Part shown: positions 40,888 to 55,770 of the stretch, in pieces | Position numbering within the stretch: the stretch's first letter is position 1 | Layout: each line of letters starts with the position of its first letter | DNA from: Octopus sinensis | Taxonomy: Eukaryota | Assembly: GCF_006345805.1 (NCBI RefSeq) | Contig: NC_042999.1 | Coordinates: 120,404,001 to 120,468,000, forward strand | Direction of reading: 5' to 3' | DNA: 64,000 bases | Made by a program: the position numbers and the translations under genes | Notes under the pieces: generated by a model | What the model was told of the DNA's origin: nothing | What the model saw: only the letters and a program-made list of their open reading frames with translations | The model's database searches: none

Positions 40888-41621
40888 CGAATTTTTCAAA
40901 AGTAATGAAGAAAAATCGTAATACCAATATGAACTGCCAGCCAGACCGCCTCTTCACTTTCAAGCAATTCCTTATCTAGTTGCTTCATTTCCCCTGCATC
41001 TCCACTCACCACTACAATATCTGGGTTCACTGTATAATGTTCTTGTTCCTCATCCTTAACAGCCCCATCACCATTCCCTATTCCTCCTGTCTACTCTTCT
41101 CTCTACTTTCAACTCATACCTTTATATATTCAACTCCGTCCATCCGCAAAGTCTCTCAGACTCTCACTAATCCGAGATATTTCTACTGCAGCTAAGTAAC
41201 CCTTCCTCCTAAACACGCCCACTTGTTCATTAGTTTATTATTATGACATTGGACACATGTCCTTTTCCATTCAAAATTTCAAGGTACGTCGGCCTAATCC
41301 ACGACTTCTTTCCAGCTTTGCCCTTTCATGACATTCAATAAGTGTATCATACTCTTCCTTCGCCCGTCTATTTTTGCACACATCGTGTATGTTATCTATT
41401 GCAACAAAACGACCGTCCGATCACTGCCGCTGATGCGGTCGGTTTCGGACGTGCCAGGTGGGAAACCTTCACTATGATCGACTATACCTTCATTCTCGCC
41501 GTTAATTCTTTCATTGTTGTGTTGAACCATGATTTCATGAGTCGTTCGTTGGCTTCTCTCGAGAGTTGTTGAGATCCCATCTCTTCCTCTCTTTATTTAT
41601 ATATACACGTGCGCATGTACG

Positions 41622-42829
41622 TATTGGGTTGGCAACTAAGTTCCCGCCGTTTTTTTTTATTTAAATTTTTTAATGTTTAATAAAAAAAATAACAACTAAT
41701 TAATCAGTAACGTATTCACTTTGTTGCTTACATTATCGCGTTGGTAGATATCACCCGATTTCGAACGAAACTCCGCGCATAGTATTTGAAAGAGATCGAA
41801 AAAGGTGGAAATCCGTTGGTACCAAATCTGGAGAGTACGGCGGGTGTGGCAGCACTTTCCAGCCATGCCTTTGAATGGCTTCCTTGGTCATATTGGTAAT
41901 ATGAGGGCGGGTGTTTTCGTGCAGCAGAAGAACTCCATGCTGCCGATTAGGTCTTTTCTCTTGAATAGCCGTGTTGATTCATTCCATGTGTTGACCGTTT
42001 GGTTCCGTTCAATGAATTCGTACTGTATAATCCATTCCCAGTCCCACCATACGCACAAAATCGTTTTACGCGGACGAAAATCTTGCTTCATGCGCGGTGT
42101 ACTTGTTTACCGGGGCTAAGCCATTCCTTACGTTGTTTTATATTGATGTACAGGCACCATTTTTCGTCGCCAGTAACGATTCGGTAAAGAAATCATTGCT
42201 TGTGTCCATGAGTTGAGCGGTGACGAGCATGCAAATCAGCGGAGATTGTCGCTCGTTATTTTTTGCTGTTGTCACTTAAAGCATGCGGAACCCATGGTCC
42301 ATACTTTTGAACATTTCCCATCGAATGAAGATGCTTTTCTATAGCAGTGTGGGAGCATTCCATTTTCTCTGTCAGTTCCCTTGTCGTTTGACAAGTATTT
42401 TTGTGCAAAAGTTGGTTTAATCGCTTTTCACCGAACTCAACTGGACGGCCAGAACGAAGTGCGTCTGTGAGGTAAAAATTTCCATTTTTGAACTTGGCAT
42501 ACCAATCACGAGCGGTTCTTTCAGCTATGGCACCCTCTCCATACACAGCACAAATGCTGCAAGCAGCTTTTGTGGCTTTAGAACCTTGATTAAAAAACAA
42601 AAAGAAGGAGGTGTCGAAAATGCTCGTCTTTCTTAACTTGACATTCCATTTCAATGATCTGAAAATAAACAAAAATTAACTAAAATTAACTAGAAAAAAT
42701 AAACAAAACAAAATATATTCCAAAATGATTCAGAAATAGAATTCTCGAAAACAATTGATTCCAAAATTTTAAAACGCAATAAATTCCAAAATTTAAAAAA
42801 ACCGCGGGAACTTAGTTGCCAACCCAATA
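41622..42829 (-). mobile_element. Mariner transposon, mellifera-subfamily-like TIRs, defective
   Basis: TIRs TTGGGTTGGCAACTAAGTTCCCGC at both ends with TA target-site duplication. The reconstructed target TGTACGTACGTACA is palindromic. Remnants include ICAVYGEGAIAERTARDWYAKFKNG, WVPHAL and HPPYSPDLVPTDFHLF. Confidence 0.92.
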
Positions 42830-43809
42830 CGTACACATATATATAAATAACGTGGTCTATACTAATAAGTCTTCTTCCACCATTCTTCCTTTTCATATAC
42901 AGTCTGTTTACGTTTCCAGTTAACACTTAATACTATCTTTTGCACTCCCTGCATTAAGGATAATCCAGGAATTATTCTTAACTAATTTTTAGTTCCTTTA
43001 GTGGTCGTTTCAATTGCCCCCACAATCACTGGGATTGTAACCGTCTTGAGATGCTATCTTTGCTCCAACTACTATCGTCATCTGCCCACTGTTCTCCTTT
43101 AGTTTTGTTTTAACGCTTGGGCAGAGACATTAGGAGAGGGGCCTTCCTGTTTAGAGGTAACTTTTCCGCCGATCACCGTCTCTTGTATGTTACTTTTGCT
43201 TCCGTATCTCAATCGCCTTAAGCTCAAATATAGAAATTAGCCTTTATTTGTTTTCTAAGTTTTATTTCCGAGCATATCTGTTTCTTTCTCTCTATTTAAA
43301 ATGAGGCGTGTTATATTTTATATTTATTGTTATTAATATGTCTCTTTTATTTTGTTTAAACACTGTGTGTTCTACGTTGTCTTGTTCATCTATGAGATGT
43401 ACGGGAGCATGTGTGAATCATATAAACACTCCATTTATGCGTACTTGTGTAGAGATGAAATTGCATATACGATTATTATTTGTGCTCACGGTGTTTTTCT
43501 GTTGCGACATCGCATTCTCGCGTATTGCTTCAATTCATGTATAGGCAATTCGCATCACCGCATGTTATTTATATTATCACATACTTGTTTTTCTGCGACA
43601 ACGTGCCTGACAGCACCTATATTTCATATATGAGAGAAATATTTCGGGATCCTGATCTGATTTACATTAGGGACCAATTTTCTTCCATACTCTTGCTGTT
43701 TCATACATCATGTTTCATAAATCCTGTTTGGTCACAGATTTAATCCAATCTCACAAGGAGCTCGCTCGTATCATCATCAGTATTATTATTAAGATCATTA
43801 TTATTATCA

Positions 43810-44013
43810 TGGTAGCGAGCTGGCAGAATCATTAGTACACCGGGCGAAATGCTTAGCACTATTTCACGCGGGTTGAGTTCAAACTCTGCCGAGGCCGACT
43901 TTCTTTTCACCCTTTCCGCGTCGATATAATAAGTATCAGCTGAGTACTGGGGTCGATGTTATCGCTTATCCCCCTCCCCCAAATTTCAAGCCTTTTACTT
44001 ATAGTAGACAAGA
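43810..44013 (+). mobile_element. tRNA-derived octopus-type SINE
   Basis: ggtagcgagctggcagaatc...gagttcaaactctgccgagg...ctggggtcgatg, with an (ATT)n tail. Confidence 0.8.
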
Positions 44014-45221
44014 TTATTATTATTAGTAGTATTGGTAGTGGTGATGGAGGTGGTGGTGGTGGTGGTGGTAGTAGTAGTAGTAGTTTATTTTTATTTTGAA
44101 ATGTTCCTTTATGTTTATTAATATTTAATTATATTAGTCCTAGTCGATGGTATATTATTTTGCACTAATAAGCGTATTATCATTGTTTATAGCCGAAGTG
44201 GAACGCGTTTAGGAAGAGTTTATGCTCTGATTTTCTGTTTAGAAATCTATTTTTGACCTGAGCGATAAGAGACTGATCAACCGTTTTTGTTACTTGCCTT
44301 ACGGAGCACAATTTCAAAGCACGAACATTATTTGGAAATATATATAAAATATTTCAATATGGTTTAAAATGTTATTGACTATGTCATCCAGTTAGTAAGA
44401 GAGGCAGATGGGAGAAGGTTTTGTAGGAGAAACTGATTTTCGCAGTCATGTTCGTCTACACAGTTCTATAGATGTTGTAGCTATTAAAAATATTATCAGC
44501 AGTAACAGCAGCAGCAGAAACAGTAACATCAACAACAGTAGCAACAGCAATAACAAAGACATCAGTAAAAGAAGCACATAAAATCATCACCATCATCATC
44601 AGCAGTTAAATGTATATTCTCTAACTACAACCATCACCCTAAGAAGAAAACGCTATAAAGGCAGTAACAACGATAACACTAACAACAGCGGTAGCTGTGA
44701 AATCAAAGCAAAACACAATTCTTTGGCCAAGATCACAAACATATTCAGTTTTATCTCATTAGATAATAACGGTGAGTACAACAAGTAGAGAAACACAGAA
44801 CTAGCGAAAAGTCGTGCAAAGTATACAAAATTTCTTAGACAGAATAGAGAGAACAGTCCGTGAAGATGCTTGTCAAGGAAAAGACAAACATTAGAGCGTA
44901 TGCCCTCAGATGAAGCTGAACGCTTTTTAAGGAACACATGGAAAGATGCCAGTCTTATGGGAGAAATCCATGGGCCGGTTATTTCTGGTTATTTCTCACT
45001 CAGAAAACCTAGCTCAGAAGCATTCTACCGTTCTTCAAAGAAAATTAAAATTTCACACTGATACCTATTTACCTGGAGCTGAAGGTAATCACATTAAAAA
45101 AAATACTGATGTTCACATCGTTGAATTTTGGAATTTTGTTTTTCTTTCCGTTATAAGTTTTGCTGTGGTTTACAGGTTTTTGTAATTGTGCAGTTTGTAT
45201 ATATTGATAGGTGCTTACCTT

Positions 45222-45301
<80 letters not shown>

Positions 45302-45316
45302 AATTATTATTATTAC

Positions 45317-45349
<33 letters not shown>

Positions 45350-45396
45350 GATTATTATTATTACTATTATTACTATGATTATTATTATTAACGATT

Positions 45397-45860
45397 AGAT
45401 GGTGAGCTGGCGGAATCATTACCACGTCGAATGAAATGCTTAGCGGTGTTTCGTCCATCTGAAGTTCAAATTCCGCCGAGCTTGACTTTCCCCATCATCC
45501 TTTTGGGGTCGATGAAATAAGTAAGAGTTGAACACCGATGTAATCGACTTATTCCCTCCACAGAAATTGCTGGCTTTATCATCACCATTATCATCATTAT
45601 TATTATCATCATTAGCATTAATGAAGCAAGCTGGCAGAATCGTTAGTCGCCGATAACATGTTTACCACCATATCGTTCAGCTTTACGCTATGAGGGAAAA
45701 TTCCACCGAGGTAGATCTTATATTTATTCTTTTGGGGTCCACAAAATTTGCTGTAGCATTTGAGCGCTAGGGCCAATATCAGTTGAGCATTAGGGTCAAT
45801 CTGATCGAGTATCCGTCTCTCTACAAAATTTCAGGCCTCATGCCTATAGTAGAAAGGAAT
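45397..45860 (+). mobile_element. Two tandem copies of the same SINE family
   Basis: Heads ggtgagctggcggaatc (45400) and gcaagctggcagaatcgttag (45626). Confidence 0.75.
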
Positions 45861-46199
45861 ATTATTATTATTAGTACCAGTAATAGTTGAATTAACAAAA
45901 CCGAAAATGCTTGCAATTAATTTCGGGGAAATACACCCAGAAGATGACTAGCAATGGATCTATGAATTTTCAATCAACAGCGATGAGGATATTAAAATTA
46001 AGCAGCAGGAAAATTTTGTCGGGTACGACGGAGATGATAGTCCTGCAAAGAGCATGAAAGTTGCGTGTAGTTCAGCAAATATTTTAGCAAAAGTCATTGC
46101 TAGGAACATATATGTTTCTGGTTAAATGCTTGAACCATAAGTTTGAAATTTTATCGGTAAATGGTGCTTTCATGTTGTCTACTTTATGTTGTATTTATA

Positions 46200-48200
46200 A
46201 TGATTTGAGGATTCAAATTGTTGATACTCAGCTTCATTGCTATTAAAGTAAGTCGTTGTTGATGAAGCCAGTGCTGTCTATGCGTTACCTAGTTCTGAAT
46301 AAAAGCGTTTTTGGTCGAAGTCGAAGTATTTGTTCTGTTCACAAACACGCTTTCGATTCAATACGACTAAATAAGTATTTGTTTTGTATTTTTTTTGTGT
46401 ATTCTTTCTTTTAAATATTGCTTTCAATTATTGATATTGTGCTAGCTTTGATAACGCATTGTATTAATTTATCTTGTATATTAGCGTCCAAACGTCTACG
46501 TAGTTAAAAGTTCTTTTCTCTCGTTTTGAATAGAAACATATTCATCTCGCCCTCTTCGGTATTTCTGCTGTGCAATCGTTTGCAGTTCTAATCAGATAAT
46601 GAAATCAAATTTAGGCAAAATAGTAAGAACTGCAATGAATCTTCTGTAAGATGAATATTCTTAACGGCATAGGAATAAGTTTGATTATCTTCCTTTCACC
46701 TTGCAATGAGATCATTCTTTTCCAATATAAGCGTGCCCGTTTGAAATATTTTCGTAGTAATGAGGCTGCTTTATATATAAGTTTGCGCCCAGCATTTAAG
46801 AATGCTGTGTACTATTACTTACTATTTAATAATCACTCCTCATTAAACAAATAAGTGTTTTGGTTCCTTTTATTGTTTACTATATCCTGAAAGGGTATGT
46901 ATGGAGGTAAAGATGCTCTTTAAACCTACGGTAATTATTCTTCTTGTATAATATTGCTTTCCAAATGAGTAATCAGATTGTTGAGGAATATTTTTTTCTA
47001 TCTATGTTGTTGTGAAGCAAGCGATAGGTGTGTAATTTTCAGAGTCACTATTATTTTAAGCGGGATAATTTTAAAACTATTTTCACCTAAAGCAATCAAT
47101 CCTTGTCTACTTAACAGTTCGGAGTTTTTCTTCCCCACTGTAATAATCGCGTACTTCAGTTAGAAGCTACGACTACATCACCCTCAAGAGTTTCTTGTTG
47201 CTTGCAGTTCAGATTTCATTAAAGTTCTTTTATATTAATGTCACTGTAGAATGTTTAGGAATTTGATTCAAATACCTTGTTCTGGGAAAGCGCTAAGATT
47301 TTCCTTTCTTCTAAATATGTACGCTTTCATAATTTTTTACAGATATTTTGGGACGTCTTTACATATATTTTCACTCTGGATCTTTTTCATTTTGCTAAAA
47401 AAATAACATGATCATTTTTTTTTCTCAAATTTATGTTGTGCATGTATTCTCAAATTTTATGGTGTTTAGCGAGCTTAACATGGTCTAATCTCTCTTTGGA
47501 TAAAAACCACCTTTCTTTCGCTGTTACCATTTCTACAATCGAGTAGGTATTCTTTAATTTGTTGACGGGATTTATAATAATTTCTTCGGGAGCTGCTTCT
47601 TTAAGTGTACCAAGCTCAAGTATTTACGTTGATCCACAAATAGTATAGAATGTATTTGTATTCTTACATATAAAATGTAAGAATATCCGTTCTGCTATAT
47701 TTTCTTCGACTTCCTTGTATGTTTGTGTTAGACCTTTTTTGTTGTTAGGTATGGTGGATTTGTTACAAAATTTGTTATATCCTATTTTAAGTGTGAAAAT
47801 CTGCTGAACACGTATTTCATTGATTGTTTTCCATAAACCATATTGCATTTTCAGATCCTTTTTAATGGTTTTTCTTTGTTTCTTGCAATGCAGTAACGTC
47901 TTGTATCATGTAAGCTACATTCTATACCATTTGTAATGTTATGAAAGCTTATAATTCGTAAGTATGCGTTTCTCTGATGTTTTGGCTTCTTTTCGTTATG
48001 GTGCCTTTTCTGTTTTGTGTGTTGTATGTCTTGTTCAGATGCTTTAATAAGATTTGTTGCTCAACTTTCTACCTGCACTCAGTTGTTGCATATTTTTTTC
48101 ATTCTTTCTTTTATGCAATGCCTTATTCTAAAGTTTTGGATCTTATTTAGTTCATTATAAATTTCTGTAGATATGTACGTGCACTCACAGGGACATTGTA
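46200..48200 (-). mobile_element. Probable very old R4/Dong-type LINE RT
   Basis: A-rich minus strand with SENYTPIACF (NYRPI.C-like) and IHLTEDSLQFLLFCLNLISLS (IFQGDSLSPLLFCL-like). Confidence 0.45.
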
Positions 48201-49074
48201 ATTTAGTTCTTTATTTTTAAACTCCATAACCCGTACTTCTCTTTTATCAGAATGTTGAATGCAGGGTCAATATGTAATTTCAGCGTGACACTTCAATGCA
48301 ACATCCATTGGTCCAAAGTTGTTTGTTAGATTTTATCTTGGAGGCAAGTAGAAAGTGATATGTGTCTTTGTTCAGTATTAACATTTTCAAAGTTAACTAC
48401 TTCTGTATTACGTGTTACATTACTTTCTTGTCATGAACCGATTAGAATCATGCTATGAAATTTATTATACGTCTTGGGTCGACCGTTCAGGTTTTTTATT
48501 TTGTTTGATATATCCCTAGACTTAATTCGTATGGCGGTGGTTTACATCACAACTGTTTCGATTTCCTTTGTTTGGAATTAATAGTGTTTTATGTTATTTT
48601 TATTTCTATACAAGAGATTGTTCTATTTATACACGCAGTATTTTTTCATTAGAAACTTGTTTTCACGTGTGACTATGTTAATGAAACAGTATATTTTATA
48701 TGTAAGAATATCTGATACGTGTATCAGTTGTACTTACTGGCATCGATTCCTTGTTTAGCATGTTTGTATTGGTGTCATTGCCCCCACGTGCACATTTAGT
48801 TTTAAAAGATTTTGATATTTCAACAATGTATCTTACGTTTAATAATCAAATGTAATAAATAGAATAGATATTCATTAGACGGTCTGTATACCTCATATCT
48901 TCATCTCCTCGTTTCTGACTTAACGATAGAATTAAGGGTTTATTCCAAGTCATTCACAGGTGTGTATAAAATGAAATGAAACCTTCTGCATTTTCACTAA
49001 AATTTTACCGCGCGTAGAATTGATGCAGCTATCATCCGAGTCCTTTGTAAAAGTAGCTCCATCACGTTGCTAGA

Positions 49075-49985
49075 GAAATGCAGGCACCTTAAGGGAGTAA
49101 AAAACGGTGACAGGAAGAAACATTAATCCGGACATGTCTGTAGACATGCAGCTCGATTCCAGGAGACGCAAGTCCATACCAACCGTCAGCTTTGTAGGGC
49201 GCTCGGTGGACAGACCGGCTAAATTGCTCCGCGTCTGGTTTGGTCCGGATCTCCAGATAGATAAGAACTCGGGGGAGGTGACGAGCAGAGTAGCCAATCT
49301 CACCCAGAAATGTGCAGAGAGAAAGCCGTCTCTGAAAGGTCGGGCGGAGGTGGCGAATGAGTAAAACGCTTCCGCCATCTACTGCCGCCTGACCGCCGCA
49401 CCTTGCCCTTCTTCATGGCTTGTCAAGCTGGAGCGCTTGCTCCTCTGCTTTCTGTGGAAGGAATGTGTTCCGCTCATCAAGTGGTCCATCTGTTGTGAAC
49501 AGCGGCTGAGTGGAGGGGTCGGTATGCCGTTGCAAATGGCGCCCAGACACGAGCTGAGGCTGTGACATCCCAAGCATTTTCTTAACGCTCAGCAGGTGTG
49601 ATCACCGATTGTCACGCAGGATTTTTCTCATCTCATCAACGAAGCTACAGTCCTGGATCAAACGTAGACCAGGAACGGGTTCTTGGATCCTGGAGTGCCA
49701 GCAAGCACTCAAAGTTCTTTGCCATTCCGGCAACGCGGTCGGTGGAAGTTCTACCATGAAGTTCTTTAGAAGTTCTATAGTGAAGAGAAAGAGCGACGAC
49801 GTCCTCGAGGAAACTCTGGGCGTCGGGAGGGATCAATTAACTGGTCTTTTCCGGACTTTGGGGCCGGAGCCAATGGATAACGTACAGAAATCCCAGGCCT
49901 GGAAATGCTACCGGAGAGATTTGGTGGTTCGAAACAAGCTCTACAGACACGGAACAGACTGACCTGTCCGAGGTGCGCACTGACC
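49075..49985 (+). mobile_element. Tx1/L1-clade LINE ORF2 C-terminal fragment
   Basis: GC-rich block: PAKLLRVWFGPDLQIDKN, VTSRVANLTQK, SLKGRAEVAN, LERLL.CFLWK, KSQAWKCYR, CPRC. It is frameshifted. Confidence 0.75.
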
Positions 49986-50040
49986 ACGACCTTATTTGTT
50001 TTTAGTGGGGCCCTTGTGCCCAATAACAAAATTATTATTA

Positions 50041-50102
<62 letters not shown>

Positions 50103-52869
50103 GGTGGGCTGCTAGGAGTAGTGTTTACCCACTTCTTTAAAAGCTACTAAACTTGTAATTTTATAAGCCATGTCTTCAAATTTGACGTTCCATTGAGGTA
50201 AACAGTAAAAAGAAAGTACGACAGCCGTGTATTTGTAACTGTGTGAATCACACAGCTTTCGTTTGCTTTTGTTCTTCCAATACTTTGATATATATTTTTT
50301 TTTGTTTTAAATGACTCTGGCTACATTTTAAGTTCGTGTCATATTCCTTCACTTCTAATGAAAATTCGTTACCTTTGGTTTTGTTTATCCCGAGTATTCA
50401 TTGTGATTCTTTTTTGTTTGTTAGAATTATTTAAACAATAAAATTCGTGCGTAATAATAATCCTATTCAATTACTATAAAACTTATCAAAGGTTTTAATT
50501 TGCTATGCTTTTATTCAAACGCTACTTTCATTCAGTTTTGTTAATTCAGTATGTGTTTATTCAGTGTGTCCCTCTAACTGACGGATATGTATATTATTTA
50601 AAATAACATAATTTTTGTAAATCAATCACATGTATTATAGAATTAGTGCCATTTTTACCTGCATTGGTCATTAAAACATAATTTTATACAATTTGTAGTT
50701 AATTTTTCATTCACTTTTAGTGATATTTGGATCGATTCGATTTAAAAGAGACTTATGGGAATAACTTTTCCGAAAGACTCGAAAAAGTAATTACTTTATT
50801 TTCTGCACGAAAGACTGATTTAATATTTTAGATCTACAACTTAGATCGCCATTCATCCTCTCTAGGGAAGTTGAAGTTTGTGAAAATACTAGTGACAATC
50901 AGAAAAAAACTCTATTATTATAAGTAAATGTTGTCGTCCATTACTTCAAAAACGCAAAATGTCTCATACCGATTTTGCTAAACTCATTCAATGCATAAAA
51001 GGAAAAGGCTAACAGTTTTTAATCATACTTCATTTTATCAATGACGTTCATCGATCTGGCCAATGTGAATATATGTATGTTTATTTTGTGATACTCTTAG
51101 ATAACAATTTATGTTCAACAATAACGTTACGAGCATCATTCCTGTTATAAAGGTACACGCATGATTGACCCCTAACTTGCGGTGTTCCCCTAACAATATT
51201 TCCCCTACTTCGAGAATTTTACTGAAAATTTCACTGCTCATTTGTTCTGTTTTCGGTTTTCACCGAAAAATTAATAATATCCGATCGCATCAAAGTGAAG
51301 GTGAAGTAATATGTGACTATTCAAAAAAAATAAATTATATGTTGAATAATTAGAATCTGAGCTTAAAGAAATATGATTGAAAAGGTGAATATTACTAGTC
51401 TCAGTATAAAAACTGTTTAGTGACTTTCAAGTATCACAAAGATTTTTTTTAAATTGTCTAACGCCCGCGAGCACTGTTCAGTTTAGAATTTGTGAAAATA
51501 GAAAATAAATATGGATGAAAAATTGATTTTTAAAAAATTCTATGAATATATAACAACTGAAGATAAATAAATATTTAATATAGCATTCGGCGTATTAGAA
51601 AATGTATGCGAATTGCTGAAGTCAACAATTACTCAGTATAAAAATGATATATCGTAAACGTGCTGAACTATCAATCAAGCTCTATATAGAAAATCGAAAG
51701 AAATTTAATCTGATTATTATTTTGCCGATTATGGTGACACAGAGCTGGAAGTTTCGGGTTAAAAGGCAGAACATTTAAATCGATATTACACTTGTACAGT
51801 AAATACTTTAACAATCGCGATTAATTACTCCTGAAATAACTATTGACAGTTTTAGAGAGGATATCTCCAGCTATTACAACCTTTCATTTTAAGCCTATTC
51901 CCGTAGAAGGAAGTACAAAACTGATAAATGATTTAAAACATGAAACCAAAGTAGAGATCTGATTATGAAGACAAATGTATATTTTCTATCACCCTAGATC
52001 TTAAAACATATATATACTGAGCACGTTAGCTTATTGATTAATCAATCCTTCTTCACCACTATGTTTCTCCTGACCAGTTCAAAATCGTTAACAATTTAAT
52101 CATTTTCAAGAAAGTTTTTGCTAGAAGTCTCGTTTTTGAAATTTCAGCCAATTTCTCAATTTCACAACAAACCATAAGTAAAACTATCGTTTCCAACTTA
52201 GTATTTTTTATGAATTAAAATTACCTAATATTTTGGCAGTAAGCATTCCACACAATATTCAACAATATAGTTGATAGAATTAACATTATCTAAGATAACC
52301 CAAAAGAATAAACAGGGCCAGTCGATATTCATAGATCGTTCAAAAACATTCAGAATTTCGGGACATAATAGTCTACATCTAATTATGACATAAGAAGTTG
52401 GAAACATAAAATATTCCACCACTGTCTCACTAAAACATATACGTCCGTTGAAGACAATGCTAAAATATCTTGTATCTCTTTCAGTCACTCTATTCAGAGT
52501 TTCTATATTATGGTTCATTTTATTTATGTAAATGTACAGCGTGCCTTTATTTTGTGTGCAGATTATACGTCACTGCCGCCTACTTACGCAATGTTATACC
52601 TGAGTCGTATATATACCATGCATATTAAAAAATGAACGTTTAAGTGTGTCAAGGTTTCTAACAGAAAATTACTTTCTCACTTTAAGTCTCATGCACACAC
52701 GGGATCCTTTCATACCCATCCCTAATAAGGCAAATGCGCTTAAAAATATACAATCACAACTCACAAAAATGGCCTGCCGTTACCAAGACATATCTCCGAT
52801 TTATTTTATATATTTGAAAGGAGGAGCACTCCCAAACTATTGGACTCAAATTTTGGTACCGCGCAAGTA

Positions 52870-53050
52870 ATATCGGGAACATTTCGGTTACATCGACCCC
52901 AGCGCTCAACTGGTACTTATTTTTATCAACCCTGAAATGGTAAAAGGCAAAGTCAACTTCAGCGGAATTTGAATTGAAGACGAAAAAAACGGATGAAATC
53001 CCGTTAAACAGTTTTTCTGGTGTGAAAACGATTCAGTCAGCTCGCCACCC
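52870..53050 (-). mobile_element. tRNA-derived SINE, reverse copy
   Basis: Reverse complement ggtggcgagctgactgaatcg...aataagtaccagttgagcgctggggtcgatgtaac. Confidence 0.7.
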
Positions 53051-53651
53051 TAAACGTTCCCGAAGTATTAATCTATGTAAAATTATACAATATCATTTCT
53101 CTTCCTTTACATTTATTGATATCCCCCTACATAATTTGCCTGAAGTGTCACCTGCATCGCATGGTTTTTAAACGTTTGTATCATTTACATAATACGATGC
53201 TTCATGCTACAATACACTTTTACACCGCTAAAATTTTCAGTAACAATATTAATAAAAAGTTATCCATATCAGGAAAATGAAAATAGCATTTCAGTTCAAA
53301 TTTGATGCTAATAATTTTATTCGTTCATCGGAAAAATAAATGCGTGTTATTTATGAACTCATTAATCACAGACAAGGTTTATGCCATACCAAATTATTAT
53401 TTTACTTTTAATGTTGATATATATTTTATATTTCTTTGGATTGGCCTCTTGATTCACGTTATAAAAACAATGAACCGAAGCTCTAATTCTTCCTGCAAAT
53501 TTTGACGTTTGTCATCGACACACGACAGAAATTTGCTACTTCTTGTTTTATGTGTTATTGAAATTTAATTCTATTTTCTGCTAGAAAATAACCCTTGAGT
53601 GAAAAGAAATCATGATCCTGGTCATCATCATCATCATCGTCATCATCATTG

Positions 53652-53693
<42 letters not shown>

Positions 53694-53744
53694 CTATTAA
53701 CTTCAGGTCTTATGCTTATTGATGAAAGGACTATGGTTATTGTT

Positions 53745-54120
53745 AAGGTAGCGAGCGGGTAGAATCTTTAGCACTCCGGGCAAAATGCTTAGCGACATTT
53801 CGTCTGTCTTTACCTTCTAAGTTCAAATCCCGCCGAAGCCTACATCGCCTTTCATCCTTTCGGGGTCGATACAATAAGTATCAGTTGAGTACTGGAGTTA
53901 ATATAATCAACTTATCCCCTTCCTAACCTTCTGCCAAAGTTTCAAACTGTTATTAATGCGACCGGCTGGCAGAATTATTTGCATGCTTTACGTTTTGAGC
54001 TCAAATTACGCCGAGATCCACTTCGATTTTCATCATTTCGGAGTCGAGGGAATAAGTATCGGTTAAGCACTGCTGTCGATGAAATCAAGTAGACCCTTCT
54101 ATAAAATTTCAGGCCTTGTG
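53745..54120 (+). mobile_element. Two tandem SINE copies
   Basis: aaggtagcgagcgggtagaatc (53745) and cggctggcagaatt (53962), same family as 43810. Confidence 0.72.
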
Positions 54121-54132
54121 CATATAATATAA

Positions 54133-54205
<73 letters not shown>

Positions 54206-54279
54206 GTATTATTATTATCACCATCATCATCATCATCATAATATTAATCACATTAAGCGTACATATAACATGCATCAGC

Positions 54280-55690
54280 TTTACAGTAGTGTACAAAGGA
54301 TTAAAAGCATTTCTTGTTTGCAGTAATGTTGTTTAAGAGCCACCTTCTAATGCTACTATTTTCTGGACTTAGCGTATGGATGGCATTCTGGGTAATTCAA
54401 GGAATGTTTTTCTTGCACTTAATATCGTTTTTAGCATGTATCCATTTACCATATTCTCAACATTTCTGTTCCTTATATTTCGAGAGTTTTCCAATGCACT
54501 GTGATCAGATTTGAGCAATATATGACAATTAAGTCCTAAGGGTTTGATATATTTCATAAAATGTTATACTATTGAATCCGTCTCTTCTACAGGCCTGTAC
54601 TAGTTTTCCCCAAAAGGACGTTATTGTTATTTTTGTCCAGTCTTTGGGATGTGCTTATACGATGAGCTGAGATATGCTTGTACGCATATCTTCAAAAGAT
54701 TGGAGGTAAACATCCTAAAATAATTTGATTTATTCTGATGTTATGATTGTAAGGCATTCAGATGATAATGTGATCTGGTATTCAACTCTTTTATGGATTG
54801 TATACTAGTGTCTTATATTTAATCGTATCTGGAGACGTTTCTATGCCCATCTTCTCAATTCTTCTCCGTTTGGTTTTGCTTCACATTCTTTTTTACTTCA
54901 TTTGTCATATCTCACATTTCTGCACTGTATAGAATAAACCTATTTTAAAGACGATTCTGACAGAATATCATTTAAAAATATTTGTAGGGTGTTTCTATAT
55001 ACGAGTTCAGCATTTTTGACTTATCTATAAGCGTCATGAAGCAGATTGCTCCGATTTTAAGAGAAATATATTTTCCAGTTATACTGCTTCAATACACCAC
55101 GTCAAGTGGTACACATCTTGCACCCAATCTGAATGGTGATATACATGTTATAAGTATCAGTCGTTTGGGGTTGACTAATTTTTGTTGAAATCTCATGATA
55201 TTTTTGCGTAATTTATTTTCCTCATGCACATCCTAGTATAAACATATTGAAACTGTCACTTGTTAGTGAGACTACATGTATTAATTGTTTATATCTGAAT
55301 TCCTAAGGTGTGTGACATGTTTAGCATCATTAAAATCCGTCATTTGTGACGCATTAGGATTGTTTTTTACATCTGTATGTTTTAAATTTACTTGCCTCTC
55401 TTGTTCCACAAAAATCTATGCGCCTTATTTATTCCTGATCTCTTCATTCTCTTGTTAATATTTTCAAAGAATCCCTTAAAAATTTCATGCAGTGCATTTT
55501 CAAAGTCTAGTCCTCATACAGATTCAGAGATATAAAATTGTTCTGCCTTGTAAGGTCCTTCAGGTTGTCTCAAATTGATTTAGAACTATAAAATTATTCT
55601 ACTTCGAAAAGACTTGTAGCATATAGTTTGACTGCATCCACGTAGAACAAGTGGGCAAAAGCGTTACTACAATTCTGTACCATTTTGAAA
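54280..55690 (-). mobile_element. Probable decayed R4/Dong LINE RT fragment
   Basis: Minus-strand AHLFYVDAVKLYA (HLFYVDDLKLYA-like) near 55620-55660. Confidence 0.45.
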
Positions 55691-55770
55691 TGCATTTGGC
55701 GGGAAAATAACCTGAGGAGAGAAAATTGGAGAGAAAAGAACAATTCTTTTACAATATTTCTGTTTTACAA

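Noticed and set aside
43810-43900. tRNA-like A/B boxes here and at other SINE heads
   Set aside because: They are SINE heads without a full cloverleaf, not tRNA genes.
52225-52518. 97-aa minus-strand ORF in unique sequence
   Set aside because: No recognisable motif, and splice signals do not fit the open frame.
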